Positions 1-9,675 of a stretch of DNA of 64,000 nt are shown here, one piece after another. The translations under genes and the position numbers were made by a program. Each line of letters opens with the position of its first letter. Position 1 is the stretch's first letter. The notes beneath the pieces are model-generated. The model was not told the origin of the DNA. It saw only the letters and a program-made list of their open reading frames with translations, and searched no databases. Source of the stretch: a virus (Duplodnaviria; Caudoviricetes); IMG/VR virus record IMGVR_UViG_3300025715_000009, positions 96,001 through 160,000 of that record. One strand, 5' to 3'.

Positions 1-2466
1 CCAACAAATCAAAACGCAACTGCTGGTTATCAAAAATTTGTACCAACAGCTGATGTACAACCAGGGATGTTTAGTAGTGGGGCATCTTATGGTTTCAAAG
101 TTTTGGCAGACTTTAGAGCATTTAAGACACCAAAATATCTTGAAAAATGGAATGGTATGGCTGTAGAAACAGCAAACTCTTTAGGTCCATCTCCAATGAC
201 AAGTATATATGAGACTGTCTTTAAAACAGCTTTCACATCTTCATCAGCTTCTGCATTTGAAGCTAATTACAAGAGAAAGCATTCTGCAGGATCAACTGCT
301 GAATACTATGGTACAGGTACAAAATCAGGTTCAAGCTTTGGTGATACAGTTTCTGCAACTTTATATAAATATAGAGATAACGATACATATGCTGATGATC
401 CAACTGACTTTATTGTGTTAAATGGTAGTTATGCCGCTAATGCTGTTGGTAGTGTAAATATTCTTGATGGAAAAGATTTCAGTACAACAAGTGGAACATT
501 GGTTATTACTCTTGGTGCAGTAGCTTATACTGTTACATTAGATGAAGCATTTGCAAATGCTGATGCTCTTGCTGCTGGAATCAATACAGCACTAGAAACT
601 GCTGATGATGGCACTGGTGTTGTTGATATTTCTAATAGAATAGAAGCATCAGTTCTTAAACAAACAGCAACAACTGCTTATTTAAGATTAGTTAAGAAAT
701 CAAGCACAAATACTGGATTTACTCTTGGTGGAACTGCATTAGCAACACTTGGATTAACTTCAGGAGAATATCTTGATTCAAAAGGCATAATCGGTACTTG
801 GCATGCTGAAACTGTTTTATCTGGAACACCACAAACATTTAGCGGTGTGTTTAGTTATACATTACAAAAAACAGAAGCTGCCGCTCTTTCATTTGAAGAC
901 TATGCAGAGATCAGTGTAGCCGCTCCTCTTTCAGGAACATGGACATTGAGCGATATTGCTTCTCAAATTCAAACAGGATTAAATACAGCTTTTACTGCCT
1001 ATAACCATCCTCAAGCAAGAGGCATAGCAGCAGTAGCAGGTGATGGTAAGATTACAATTACTGCAAGTGATTTAGCATCTACTATGGCATCAATAGTAAA
1101 AATTGAAGCACCATCATCTGGTAATTCTTTGATTACATTGCTTGGTGGAGTAGAATCACCAGTTAATGGTCTTTCTCCATCTTCAGTTGGTGAAGCAGTT
1201 TATACAATCAAAGCTAAAGAAAAAGGTTCTTATGGCCAAAAACTTATTCTTAGAACAGAAGAAAAGAGAGTTAATTTAGGACCGGAACAAGTTATTTATC
1301 ATAATATCTATGTTCTTTTAGATGGTTACGAAGTTAGAACATATCAAAAGATTAATTGGACAAATCCAGAAGATGCTAATTTCTTCCTTACAAGAATGGC
1401 AAGTGATCCTTATGTTTCAATTGATGCTGAAGATGAAGATGGCGATGAAATATTTGCTCAACTTCCAAATGGTGATTGGGCATTAGGTCAAAGTGAATTA
1501 CCAAATGGTGTAACAACACAACAAGCTGAAATTGTTTCTTATACAGTAGGAACAAATGGTTGGACAGAATCAAATGGTCTTATAACTTCTATGTCTGCTG
1601 ATTTAAAGAAAGCATTAGAGAAATTATACAATCCTGAAGTTTATGATTTCAATCTTGTAGCTGCTCCAGGTTCTGCTGATCCAATAGTACAAAATGCAAT
1701 TCAAGATCTTTGCGAAAGCAGAAAAGATTGTTTTGGAATTGTTGATGCAGCTCCATTTGGATTAGGACTTGGCATTAAAGAAGGACTTAATAGTGTTGTA
1801 GATGTAACATCATCTTGTAACACAATTAATTCTTCTTATGTTGGAGTTTTCTGGCCATGGTGTCAAGATTATGATGCTGATAATGAACAATATGTATGGC
1901 TTCCACCATCAGTCTATGCTCTCAAGAGCATGGTTTATACAGATAATGTTGCTGATCCTTGGTATGCACCAGCTGGTACATCAAGAGGCAAGGTATCTGC
2001 ATTAGATGTAGAATATTCACCATCAAGAGGTGATAGAGATCTTCTTTATGGGGATACAAATATTGTTAACCCAATTGTATACTTTGTAAATGAAGGCATT
2101 ACAATTTGGGGTCAAAAAACAGGACAGAGAGTTAAATCTGCAACTGATAGAATCAATGTAAGAAGATTGATGATTTATGCTGAAAAGTTGATTGCAAATA
2201 TGGCAAGAGGATTCTTATTTGAACCACATGATTCTGCTAATTGGGCTGCATTTACAAGACAAGCAAATGCTATTCTTGAACCAATTAGACAACGTCGTGG
2301 TCTATATCAATACTCTGTTGTTTGTGACTCTTCAACAAATACAGCTGATTTAATTAATCAAAATATTATGGCTGGTAAGATTTATCTTCAACCTCTAAAA
2401 TCGGTCGAGTTTATAGAGGTTGAATTTACAATCAATGCAACTGGAGAAGTCACCGTTGCAGAATAA
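1..2466 (+). CDS. Contractile tail sheath protein (T4 gp18-like), starts upstream of window
   Basis: Frame open from base 1. Sheath C-terminal motifs: WLPPS, PWYAPAGTSRG, GITIWGQKT, DRINVRRL, FLFEPHD, SVEFIEVEF. Confidence 0.95.
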   Translation, partial: PTNQNATAGYQKFVPTADVQPGMFSSGASYGFKVLADFRAFKTPKYLEKWNGMAVETANSLGPSPMTSIYETVFKTAFTSSSASAFEANYKRKHSAGSTAEYYGTGTKSGSSFGDTVSATLYKYRDNDTYADDPTDFIVLNGSYAANAVGSVNILDGKDFSTTSGTLVITLGAVAYTVTLDEAFANADALAAGINTALETADDGTGVVDISNRIEASVLKQTATTAYLRLVKKSSTNTGFTLGGTALATLGLTSGEYLDSKGIIGTWHAETVLSGTPQTFSGVFSYTLQKTEAAALSFEDYAEISVAAPLSGTWTLSDIASQIQTGLNTAFTAYNHPQARGIAAVAGDGKITITASDLASTMASIVKIEAPSSGNSLITLLGGVESPVNGLSPSSVGEAVYTIKAKEKGSYGQKLILRTEEKRVNLGPEQVIYHNIYVLLDGYEVRTYQKINWTNPEDANFFLTRMASDPYVSIDAEDEDGDEIFAQLPNGDWALGQSELPNGVTTQQAEIVSYTVGTNGWTESNGLITSMSADLKKALEKLYNPEVYDFNLVAAPGSADPIVQNAIQDLCESRKDCFGIVDAAPFGLGLGIKEGLNSVVDVTSSCNTINSSYVGVFWPWCQDYDADNEQYVWLPPSVYALKSMVYTDNVADPWYAPAGTSRGKVSALDVEYSPSRGDRDLLYGDTNIVNPIVYFVNEGITIWGQKTGQRVKSATDRINVRRLMIYAEKLIANMARGFLFEPHDSANWAAFTRQANAILEPIRQRRGLYQYSVVCDSSTNTADLINQNIMAGKIYLQPLKSVEFIEVEFTINATGEVTVAE

Positions 2467-3418
2467 TACAGGTATAATCTTTTTCATCTAAAAGAAAAAG
2501 AAATTGTTTATTTAATAAAGCTGCATATTTTTGTGCAGCTTTATTTTTTGCATCTATTTTTCCAGATTTCAAATCTTTATAATACCAAATATGACTTTGT
2601 TTTATTTCAATTAAATATTTTTCTGTTTCAAAATCAATAGTATACTTTAAATTTTGATTATTCAACATATAATCTATTGATGGGCCATTTTTAATAAAAA
2701 TATTATTATGTTCACAAAATTTTATAAAATTTAATTCAGGTTTTGTTTGATATATTAATGGTCCAAATTTAGATTTATAGTGTTTTAATTTCCACGAATC
2801 ATTTCTTGCTTCAATTTGTCTTTTTAATATTTCTGTGTTTTGTGATAAATAATACACACCATATTTTTTTAAAAATGTATATTTTATTTTATTTTTTATA
2901 ATATTTTTTTCTTCTTCTGTTTTATTTTGTTGAGTTCTAGAAATTTTATTTCTAATTTCTTGTTTTTCTAATGCTGATTTATTTTTCATAGTTTCATACC
3001 ATTTTTTATTTCTTTTCTCCCAGTCTAGCGATTTTATCATTTTCTTTGTCATCTCTTGACGTTTTTCTGGTGATAAACTGTTCATTGCCTGTTTTGTTGT
3101 TTCTGATATTTTTTTATTTAGTTCTTGTCTCTTTTCCTTAGACATTTTATTATGAACTTCTTGCACTGTCTTTTTTCTAATACAGGAAGTACATAAATCA
3201 TATTTTCTGTTTTTAAAGTTTGACCAAATCGCAGTCTCTAAATTACCACAACTGCATTCAAATACAATCTTATCAGAAGATATAATAATATAAAAATCAT
3301 TAATTAAATAAGATGAAATGTTTTTTCTTGTTTTCACTTTTAAATTGTTTTTAAATTCAATCTTATCTTTTCCAAAGAAAAACTCACCTTGTGATGTAAT
3401 AAATTTTATTAATTTCAT
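2450..3418 (-). CDS. Free-standing (homing-type) endonuclease, Lys-rich helical/KYGV region plus C-terminal PD-(D/E)xK domain
   Basis: CSC..CTSC Zn motif, KYGV motif, YTIDFE..KYLIEIK nuclease motif. Antisense to the sheath gene. Paralogue of 35457..36407. Confidence 0.7.
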   Translation of the reverse strand: MKLIKFITSQGEFFFGKDKIEFKNNLKVKTRKNISSYLINDFYIIISSDKIVFECSCGNLETAIWSNFKNRKYDLCTSCIRKKTVQEVHNKMSKEKRQELNKKISETTKQAMNSLSPEKRQEMTKKMIKSLDWEKRNKKWYETMKNKSALEKQEIRNKISRTQQNKTEEEKNIIKNKIKYTFLKKYGVYYLSQNTEILKRQIEARNDSWKLKHYKSKFGPLIYQTKPELNFIKFCEHNNIFIKNGPSIDYMLNNQNLKYTIDFETEKYLIEIKQSHIWYYKDLKSGKIDAKNKAAQKYAALLNKQFLFLLDEKDYTCIILQR

Positions 3419-3458
3419 AAAATCCTTTTTGTTGGTTGTATAAATATATTTAATATAA

Positions 3459-3464
3459 ATATGC
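3459..3464 (-). promoter_or_regulatory. GCATAT promoter motif (representative of 7 copies)
   Basis: GCATAT followed by an AT-rich run upstream of starts at 3459(-), 23266(-), 28746(-), 33207(+), 39978(-), 41807(-), 58828(-). Two copies directly follow terminators. Confidence 0.55.
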
Positions 3465-3483
3465 TTTTAATTTAATAAAAGAG

Positions 3484-3491
3484 AAGATAAT
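3484..3491 (+). promoter_or_regulatory. AAGATAAT phage promoter motif (representative of 12 copies)
   Basis: Same 8-mer lies 2-30 nt upstream of starts, in the correct orientation, at 3484(+), 4805(+), 14710(+), 21751(-), 23934(-), 27390(-), 33197(-), 33230(+), 36431(-), 37606(-), 50726(-), 52561(-). Confidence 0.7.
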
Positions 3492-3494
3492 TTC

Positions 3495-3779
3495 ATGGAA
3501 ATATATAAACTTTTATTAGATAATGCTTTTTTAGGAAATGATATTTTTAAACAAGAAATGAATGGTGAACTATTCGATTATTTATCTAATATGTTAGATC
3601 AAGATTATCAAGCCACATATGTTAATGACGTTTCTTTAATTGATGGAAAATTAGTTTTTCAATTACTTGTCAATGATTTTACTCAAACAAAAAGTTGGAA
3701 TACCGATCGTGATCCGTGGATCGAAATAATATTTGATCTTAAAAAAGAAAAGTTTATTATTACAGGCATACAACAATGA
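3495..3779 (+). CDS. Hypothetical protein
   Basis: ORF after AAGATAAT; ATGA-coupled to the next gene. Confidence 0.75.
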   Translation: MEIYKLLLDNAFLGNDIFKQEMNGELFDYLSNMLDQDYQATYVNDVSLIDGKLVFQLLVNDFTQTKSWNTDRDPWIEIIFDLKKEKFIITGIQQ

Positions 3780-4033
3780 AATATATAGCCAGAGAACAAA
3801 TAAAATATTTATTTGGTAATCCAAAACATGTAATGCAAAATGGTCTATGGTTTAGTGGTTATGAAGACGAAGGTGAATATAAAGTATGGCATGATAATGG
3901 TCAATTACGTTTACACTGTTTTGTAAAAAAACTTAAAAAACATGGTGAATATAAATTATGGAATAAAACTGGTGAATTAATATGTCATAGATTATACAAA
4001 AATGATAAAGTGATCAAGGATTATTTAAAATGA
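3776..4033 (+). CDS. MORN-variant (YwqK-like) repeat protein, copy 1
   Basis: GEYKVWHDNGQL..KKHGEYKLW repeats. Confidence 0.8.
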   Translation: MKYIAREQIKYLFGNPKHVMQNGLWFSGYEDEGEYKVWHDNGQLRLHCFVKKLKKHGEYKLWNKTGELICHRLYKNDKVIKDYLK

Positions 4034-4287
4034 AATATGTAGCAAGAAAACAAATTTATGACTTATTTCTTTCTCCAGAAAACACATTGTCTCATGGTCT
4101 ATGGTTTAGTGGATATGAAGAAGAAGGTGAATATAGAGAATGGTATAAAAATGGTCAATTATCAGAAGTTGCATTTTTTAAAAACGGGATAGCACATGGA
4201 GAATGTAAATTATGGGACAAAGACGGTAATTTAACTAATCATTGGTTGTTTGATAATGGTGAAGTAGTAAGGGATTATTTAGAATGA
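4030..4287 (+). CDS. MORN-variant repeat protein, copy 2
   Basis: GEYREWYKNGQL..FKNG..HGE; tandem paralogue. Confidence 0.8.
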   Translation: MKYVARKQIYDLFLSPENTLSHGLWFSGYEEEGEYREWYKNGQLSEVAFFKNGIAHGECKLWDKDGNLTNHWLFDNGEVVRDYLE

Positions 4288-4541
4288 AATACGTAGCTAG
4301 ACAACAAGTTAAAAAATTATTTAAGAATCCTCTAGAAGCTATGGCTAATGGTTTATGGTTTAGTGGTTATGAGGGTGAAGGTGAATATAAAGTTTGGTAT
4401 AATAACAATAAACTGTTTGTACATTCTTTTTATAAGAATGGTGAATTAGATGGTGAGTTTAAACAATGGTGGAGAAATGGTGAATTTATATATCATAAAT
4501 TATATAAAAATGGTGAAGAAATTAAGGATTATTTGAAATGA
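4284..4541 (+). CDS. MORN-variant repeat protein, copy 3
   Basis: YKNGELDGEFKQW; tandem paralogue. Confidence 0.8.
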   Translation: MKYVARQQVKKLFKNPLEAMANGLWFSGYEGEGEYKVWYNNNKLFVHSFYKNGELDGEFKQWWRNGEFIYHKLYKNGEEIKDYLK

Positions 4542-4801
4542 AATACGTAGCAAGAAAACAACTAAAATCATTATTTAATAATCCTTTCGAAGCCATGGAA
4601 GAAGGCTTATGGTTTAGTGGATATATGGGTGAAGGTGAGTATAAAGAGTGGTATGAAAATGGAAAATTATGGGTACATTGTTTTTATAAAAATGGCAAAA
4701 AAAACGGTGAATATAAAGAATGGTGGAAAGATGAAAATGAACTATATGCACATTTATTATTAAAAAACAATGAAGTGGTTGAAGATTATTTAAATAAATA
4801 G
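4538..4801 (+). CDS. MORN-variant repeat protein, copy 4
   Basis: GEYKEWYENGKL..YKNGKKNGEYKEW; tandem paralogue. Confidence 0.8.
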   Translation: MKYVARKQLKSLFNNPFEAMEEGLWFSGYMGEGEYKEWYENGKLWVHCFYKNGKKNGEYKEWWKDENELYAHLLLKNNEVVEDYLNK

Positions 4802-4816
4802 GACAAGATAATTATT

Positions 4817-6526
4817 ATGCAAATAAAAAATTTTAGTTTATTATTAGAAAGTGGAATAAGAATACCACCAGGAACACACGCAGCAAAAATAGTTCATCAC
4901 CAAGATTTGGATGGTGTTTTTTCTGCTATTGTTGTCTATAATCAACTTATCAAACAAGGTATAAATCCAAGAAACATAACAACTCATTGGATACAATATA
5001 GCGAAGATGATAGCTCCTATATTCAAAAATTGAAAAAATCAAAAGGTCAAATGGTAGCATTAGTAGATTTTGCTAAACTACCAGAAGGAGCAGTTAAACC
5101 AGATTTTTGGACAGATCATCATCAATCAACAAAACATATATCTGCAGGCGGGGGAAAAGTAGGAGCAACAGAATTTAAAAGCGATACAGATCATTTAGTT
5201 TTATTACATACAGAAAATTTAGTTGATAGATCAACTGTAGAAGTTATCAATCGTATAGATAGCGCATCTTTTACTAATATAGAAGATATTCTTACTTTAA
5301 AAAAGGATTTTAAAGAGAAGGGTAGATTAGAGCGTTTAGCAATTATTTGTAATGCATTATTAGTAGAATCAGGCATACTGAACGATAATACTTTATTGGA
5401 AAGTTTTATAAAATCAACTAAACCATCAATTGTTTCTTTTTATGTTAATATTCTTGAGTATAATAGATTAAATGAAATACAATTACAAGCAATAAAAGAA
5501 TTGAAAAAACCAGAACCTGACTGGGATTTAGTTGAGAAAGCACGTCGAGCTATGCCAAATTTAAAAGCAAAAAAACGTATATATAAAGGTGCTTCTGTAA
5601 ATGAAGGAGCTATTGAAGATTATCAGGAATTAAAAGACCTAAGATCTAAAAAAAGAACACCAAAAGAAGAAGAACGATACCAAGAATTAGTAAATAAACC
5701 AATAGAGAAGATAAAACATGCAAGACATAGTGCATTACAAAAAGAAAAGGGAAAAGATACGACATTTGAAAAAAGAGGATCAACTCTTATCCAAAATAAT
5801 CCAAGATTACAGAGATATATTTGGACACAGTTGAACACAGCTGGCATAAAATATCCATTTGTTATTAAACGCTATCCGACGTTTATACAAGTAGCAGTTA
5901 ATCCAGATTTGCCAGATGAAATACGTGATAAAATTGATTTAGGAGCAATATCCAACTTAGTGATGAAACAAATAAGATCCAAATTTGAAAATAAGTATAA
6001 TGCATGGGCATTTGATATTATTGAAGGAGATAGTGGTGGACATAAGGGTATAACCAACATCTCATCTCTCGGAACATTAGGTATAATGAATAAGGCAGAT
6101 CGTGATGAGTTAAAATATTTCGAGTCATTAGAAGGAAGAATCAAAGCATTAAAGAAAATCAACAAAGACATGAGTGATGAAGATAAAGAAAAATTATCTC
6201 AAGCTCAAGAAATGTTAGATAAAAAAGAAATACAAGAAGTAGATTATGATAAATTAAAAAAATTGTTATCTTCACCAATGAGAAGATTAATGCCACAGCA
6301 TTTTGCCAAGATGCAAGAATTAAAAGATAAAAAAGCAGAAAGAGCATTAGAAAGAAAGAAAATAATGGATGAAATTGTTGAAGAATTTATTAATCAATTT
6401 GAATTACGCTTTGGTGCATCCAAACAAGAACCAGTTATGAGTAAAAATAAAAATGTAAAACTAACTGGTGGCAAAAAAGAATATGAGTTTGAATCATTAA
6501 ATACCATCTTGGATGAATTATTGTGA
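4817..6526 (+). CDS. DHH-family phosphoesterase-like protein
   Basis: HHQDLDG, LVDF, TDHH and later SGGHKG motifs of DHH/DHHA1. Confidence 0.75.
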   Translation: MQIKNFSLLLESGIRIPPGTHAAKIVHHQDLDGVFSAIVVYNQLIKQGINPRNITTHWIQYSEDDSSYIQKLKKSKGQMVALVDFAKLPEGAVKPDFWTDHHQSTKHISAGGGKVGATEFKSDTDHLVLLHTENLVDRSTVEVINRIDSASFTNIEDILTLKKDFKEKGRLERLAIICNALLVESGILNDNTLLESFIKSTKPSIVSFYVNILEYNRLNEIQLQAIKELKKPEPDWDLVEKARRAMPNLKAKKRIYKGASVNEGAIEDYQELKDLRSKKRTPKEEERYQELVNKPIEKIKHARHSALQKEKGKDTTFEKRGSTLIQNNPRLQRYIWTQLNTAGIKYPFVIKRYPTFIQVAVNPDLPDEIRDKIDLGAISNLVMKQIRSKFENKYNAWAFDIIEGDSGGHKGITNISSLGTLGIMNKADRDELKYFESLEGRIKALKKINKDMSDEDKEKLSQAQEMLDKKEIQEVDYDKLKKLLSSPMRRLMPQHFAKMQELKDKKAERALERKKIMDEIVEEFINQFELRFGASKQEPVMSKNKNVKLTGGKKEYEFESLNTILDELL

Positions 6527-6786
6527 TAAGTTTTAAAGATTTAGAAATAAACAATGTTTACTCATTTTTAATGAATAAAGAGTTTTCATTGTTTTATGTG
6601 AAAAATATAAATAAAAAAAATGTAAATACAATGTTTATAAAATATCATAAAAATAAATTTGATATATATGATGAAACACTTGATCCTAATGAATTTAATC
6701 ATCCAAGTTTAATATTCAAAAGACATGAAAAAACAGATTTTAAAATTATAATAAAGATGATTTTCAACCCACAGGGATTTATATGA
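6523..6786 (+). CDS. Small hypothetical protein with C-terminal IIKMIF tag
   Basis: Coupled ORF in + strand operon. Confidence 0.7.
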   Translation: MISFKDLEINNVYSFLMNKEFSLFYVKNINKKNVNTMFIKYHKNKFDIYDETLDPNEFNHPSLIFKRHEKTDFKIIIKMIFNPQGFI

Positions 6787-7025
6787 TATATTTTGATGAA
6801 AAAGAATTATTACCAATAATTAGATATACTTTTATTTTTACAAAATCAGAAAGTATAGGTGATATATGTTTTATTGATTATTATTCTGGTAGATATGATT
6901 TATTTAGACAAAAAAATATTGCTTTTAAAAATACAATATCTTATAAATATGCCGAAGAAGCAACTGATGCTCACTTACAAAAATTGATTAGAATAGTGTT
7001 TCATCCACATATGAGGCTAAAATGA
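6783..7025 (+). CDS. Small hypothetical protein with C-terminal LIRIVF tag
   Basis: ATGA-coupled ORF. Confidence 0.7.
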   Translation: MIYFDEKELLPIIRYTFIFTKSESIGDICFIDYYSGRYDLFRQKNIAFKNTISYKYAEEATDAHLQKLIRIVFHPHMRLK

Positions 7026-7702
7026 ATCTATTTGAATTATTACAAAAAGAATTAAAGGTTAATACCAAAGAATTATATAAAGTAATACCAACTGCTAGCA
7101 TAACTTTTCATTTAGAAATGGCTTGGGATGAATTAAGCCATAGAAAGAAAGCTGAAGAAATAGCTACAAAACATAAATCTGGCATAGCCAGTGGAAAAGG
7201 ATTGGCTGGATCTCATGACAAAGCAGCTAATTTAGAAGTTCCATGGATTAATTTAGAATTTCATAAAAATGATACAGAAAGAAAATTTTTACAAAAAGAC
7301 ATGATACAAAACATGTTATGTAGAATAGATGCAATAAAAGAAAATAATATCAAACTTGATAAAAAAGAAAGTCCTAATACTAAACTGGTAGTTTTAAATA
7401 ATGTTATTGAAATGATGTTAGGCGGAAAATATTCTTCAGTCGATGATGAAAAAGATTTGGAAGTTTTTGATAAAACTCCAGACTCAAAATATTATACATT
7501 TGAAAACTTTCAAAAGCATTTATATGCCCAAGCAAGTAATTATTTAAACAAAACAATTGTTTTAAATAAACAGAATGAAGGATATCCTGATTTCTCATTT
7601 GATATTAATATTTTTAAAAATGTTTTTCTATACTCAAATATAAAAGTAATTCACCCAACAGAATTTGAGAAAACTGGCAAATCTCACCTATTCATGAAAT
7701 AA
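7022..7702 (+). CDS. Hypothetical protein
   Basis: 226-aa coupled ORF. Confidence 0.75.
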   Translation: MNLFELLQKELKVNTKELYKVIPTASITFHLEMAWDELSHRKKAEEIATKHKSGIASGKGLAGSHDKAANLEVPWINLEFHKNDTERKFLQKDMIQNMLCRIDAIKENNIKLDKKESPNTKLVVLNNVIEMMLGGKYSSVDDEKDLEVFDKTPDSKYYTFENFQKHLYAQASNYLNKTIVLNKQNEGYPDFSFDINIFKNVFLYSNIKVIHPTEFEKTGKSHLFMK

Positions 7703-8223
7703 AAATCTTTAAAATTAAAAGACAAATGCACCATTTCTTGACCACATGCCATCATAGTAAACATTTCGTTTTCATATAGGTCAGGATGTTCATCCCAAAC
7801 AAGACAGAGTTTGTAATACTCATATTCATCAACAACAAAACTGAAATCAAATAATGGATCTTGAACATCTGGGATAGATTTTATTTCTATTCCTAGATCC
7901 TTGAGTTTTGTTATTGTATCATTGAATACTTGAAGTTTTTCTTGCATACAAGGATATTTATCCATGTAAGTAAAGTGTTGATCCTCTTCTCTAATCCAAA
8001 GAGTCCACCCTTGTTCACTTACATATGAACTAATGTTTAGAGTATGATCATGGGGAGTAAGATCATTGGTTAGTTTATCAAAAGCTTGAAAATCTTCAAT
8101 AGAAGCAAAATGAATAAGATGGTTAACATCATCAATGGATAGATAAGGTAAACCACTTTTGAGTAATGTTCTTTTATATGCCCAAAATGCTTCTTTTAAA
8201 TTCATGCTTGAATTATACTCCAT
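7684..8223 (-). CDS. Hypothetical protein
   Basis: 179-aa ORF. Confidence 0.7.
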   Translation of the reverse strand: MEYNSSMNLKEAFWAYKRTLLKSGLPYLSIDDVNHLIHFASIEDFQAFDKLTNDLTPHDHTLNISSYVSEQGWTLWIREEDQHFTYMDKYPCMQEKLQVFNDTITKLKDLGIEIKSIPDVQDPLFDFSFVVDEYEYYKLCLVWDEHPDLYENEMFTMMACGQEMVHLSFNFKDFYFMNR

Positions 8224-8276
8224 TATATACTTTTTCTAAACTCTATAGTAGTAATATATTTATTCTATATTTATAC

Positions 8277-8333
8277 GTTCACATGGTGAACTCCAGAGTT
8301 CATGTAGTGAACAGCCCTGTTCATTTAATAAAC
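8277..8333. repeat. Three tandem palindromic 15-bp elements GTTCAY-N3-RTRAAC at 21-bp period
   Basis: gttcacatggtgaac (8277), gttcatgtagtgaac (8298), gttcatttaataaac (8319). The junctions are also palindromic (tgaactccagagttca, tgaacagccctgttca). Next to an AT-rich tract. Confidence 0.8.
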
Positions 8334-8336
8334 AGC

Positions 8337-8708
8337 CTAACTTAGTAATGATTTAGCAAACATTACTAATGTCTCATCATTAATTGGGTGGAATTTAAAA
8401 TCAGTATATTCTTTTTGAGATAGTTTAAACCATTCAATATAATCCTGTGGATAGGCAAGAAAATAGGCCATTTCATCTTCTTTTAGAATAGATGGGACAG
8501 CAATTCCACACCCCCAATATCCTTGGAAATTAGGATCACTTTCTCTTGGACCTATATTATCCAACTCATAAGAAACGCATCCATCATGATGCCTATAGCC
8601 TGCTTTTACTGTTCCATTATACCAACCATTATGTTTTTCAATATAAACAACAATTCTATCGCCTATATTGAAATGATCAAATGGTCTTTCATAGGGTAGA
8701 ACAATCAT
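8337..8708 (-). CDS. SH3-like hypothetical protein, C-terminal AKSLL tag
   Basis: FNIGDRIVVY..GTV beta-barrel pattern. Confidence 0.7.
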   Translation of the reverse strand: MIVLPYERPFDHFNIGDRIVVYIEKHNGWYNGTVKAGYRHHDGCVSYELDNIGPRESDPNFQGYWGCGIAVPSILKEDEMAYFLAYPQDYIEWFKLSQKEYTDFKFHPINDETLVMFAKSLLS

Positions 8709-8710
8709 AT

Positions 8711-8872
8711 TTAATCCTTGATATATTCAACAAATTCTACATTATAGAGAGAAAAATCCTTGGTTTTATTTGGTAGTTTGATGCGAACAATATGTTCAAT
8801 ATATTCTACTGCATCAAGTGTAAGATCTTCAAAATCATATTTATTACCATGGGTGGTACAAACACGAATCAT
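8711..8872 (-). CDS. Small hypothetical protein (53 aa, MIRVCTTHG...)
   Basis: Translated manually; GGAGG RBS upstream. Confidence 0.65.
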   Translation of the reverse strand: MIRVCTTHGNKYDFEDLTLDAVEYIEHIVRIKLPNKTKDFSLYNVEFVEYIKD

Positions 8873-8881
8873 AATATCCTC

Positions 8882-9115
8882 CTAATAATACATATCAAAA
8901 ATCACCTTGTTATCAAGATGTGGAATTCGAGATTTCGGAATCCAAAGCTCTACATCAATCATTGATGATCTTGTAAGTTCATATTTTACTGATACAACTT
9001 CTAGTTCACAATCTTTAACAACAACAAGATCGCCAACAGATGGCTTAAATTCCATATCTTGTGAACCAAGACGAGTTTTAAATTTATCCAGATTTGTATG
9101 AAAGTTAATGCGCAT
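8882..9115 (-). CDS. Hypothetical protein (start likely MRINFH at 9115)
   Basis: GGAGG RBS before 9115. Confidence 0.65.
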   Translation of the reverse strand: MRINFHTNLDKFKTRLGSQDMEFKPSVGDLVVVKDCELEVVSVKYELTRSSMIDVELWIPKSRIPHLDNKVIFDMYY

Positions 9116-9675
9116 TATTCCTCCACATAAACAAGAATAACAAAATCCCCAAACCAACGCCAAGTCCACTTTCCTTCAATACAACCATCCTTGATCTTGT
9201 CTGCATGCTTAGCAAGAACATTGGTGGGAACCAGATAAATTCCATTATCATCTTCAGCCCAAAAGAGGCGAGAATCAATTGGTTCTTTGATCTTGAGTGT
9301 AGCATCAAAAACCTTGTTGACATGCCAATCAATTTTATATGTTTCTTTCTTATAAGGTAAAGCTACTGCAAGACCATGAACATATGGGACAAGACCCTTC
9401 TTTTTTTCATAATCAAAGATAGAAATCTTGAATTGTGATTGCCATAGAGCAAGAGCAATAAACCAACACACCATACCAGATATAATTGTGGGGAAAAGAA
9501 TCCACAGCTTACCTGGTCCAAAAGCTGAATCAACAGTCTTTGTCCAATATTCAGGGCTATTAAATAATGCCCAAGACATCCCGAGTGTCATTACAAAAAC
9601 TGCAACAAATGACACAACTAGAACAATAAGAAATCGAAAAAGATTCTTATACCAAAAAACAGGCCTAGTTTTCAT
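9115..9675 (-). CDS. Membrane protein (2 TM)
   Basis: Two hydrophobic segments. Confidence 0.7.
   Translation of the reverse strand: MKTRPVFWYKNLFRFLIVLVVSFVAVFVMTLGMSWALFNSPEYWTKTVDSAFGPGKLWILFPTIISGMVCWFIALALWQSQFKISIFDYEKKKGLVPYVHGLAVALPYKKETYKIDWHVNKVFDATLKIKEPIDSRLFWAEDDNGIYLVPTNVLAKHADKIKDGCIEGKWTWRWFGDFVILVYVEE

Noticed and set aside
3776-4801. Repeat-spacer or ncRNA array
   Set aside because: Each 254-bp unit is a complete ORF; the conserved DNA simply encodes GLWFSGY.
8277-8333. Gram-positive LexA (SOS) boxes
   Set aside because: Spacing is GAAC-N6-GTTC, not GAAC-N4-GTTC.
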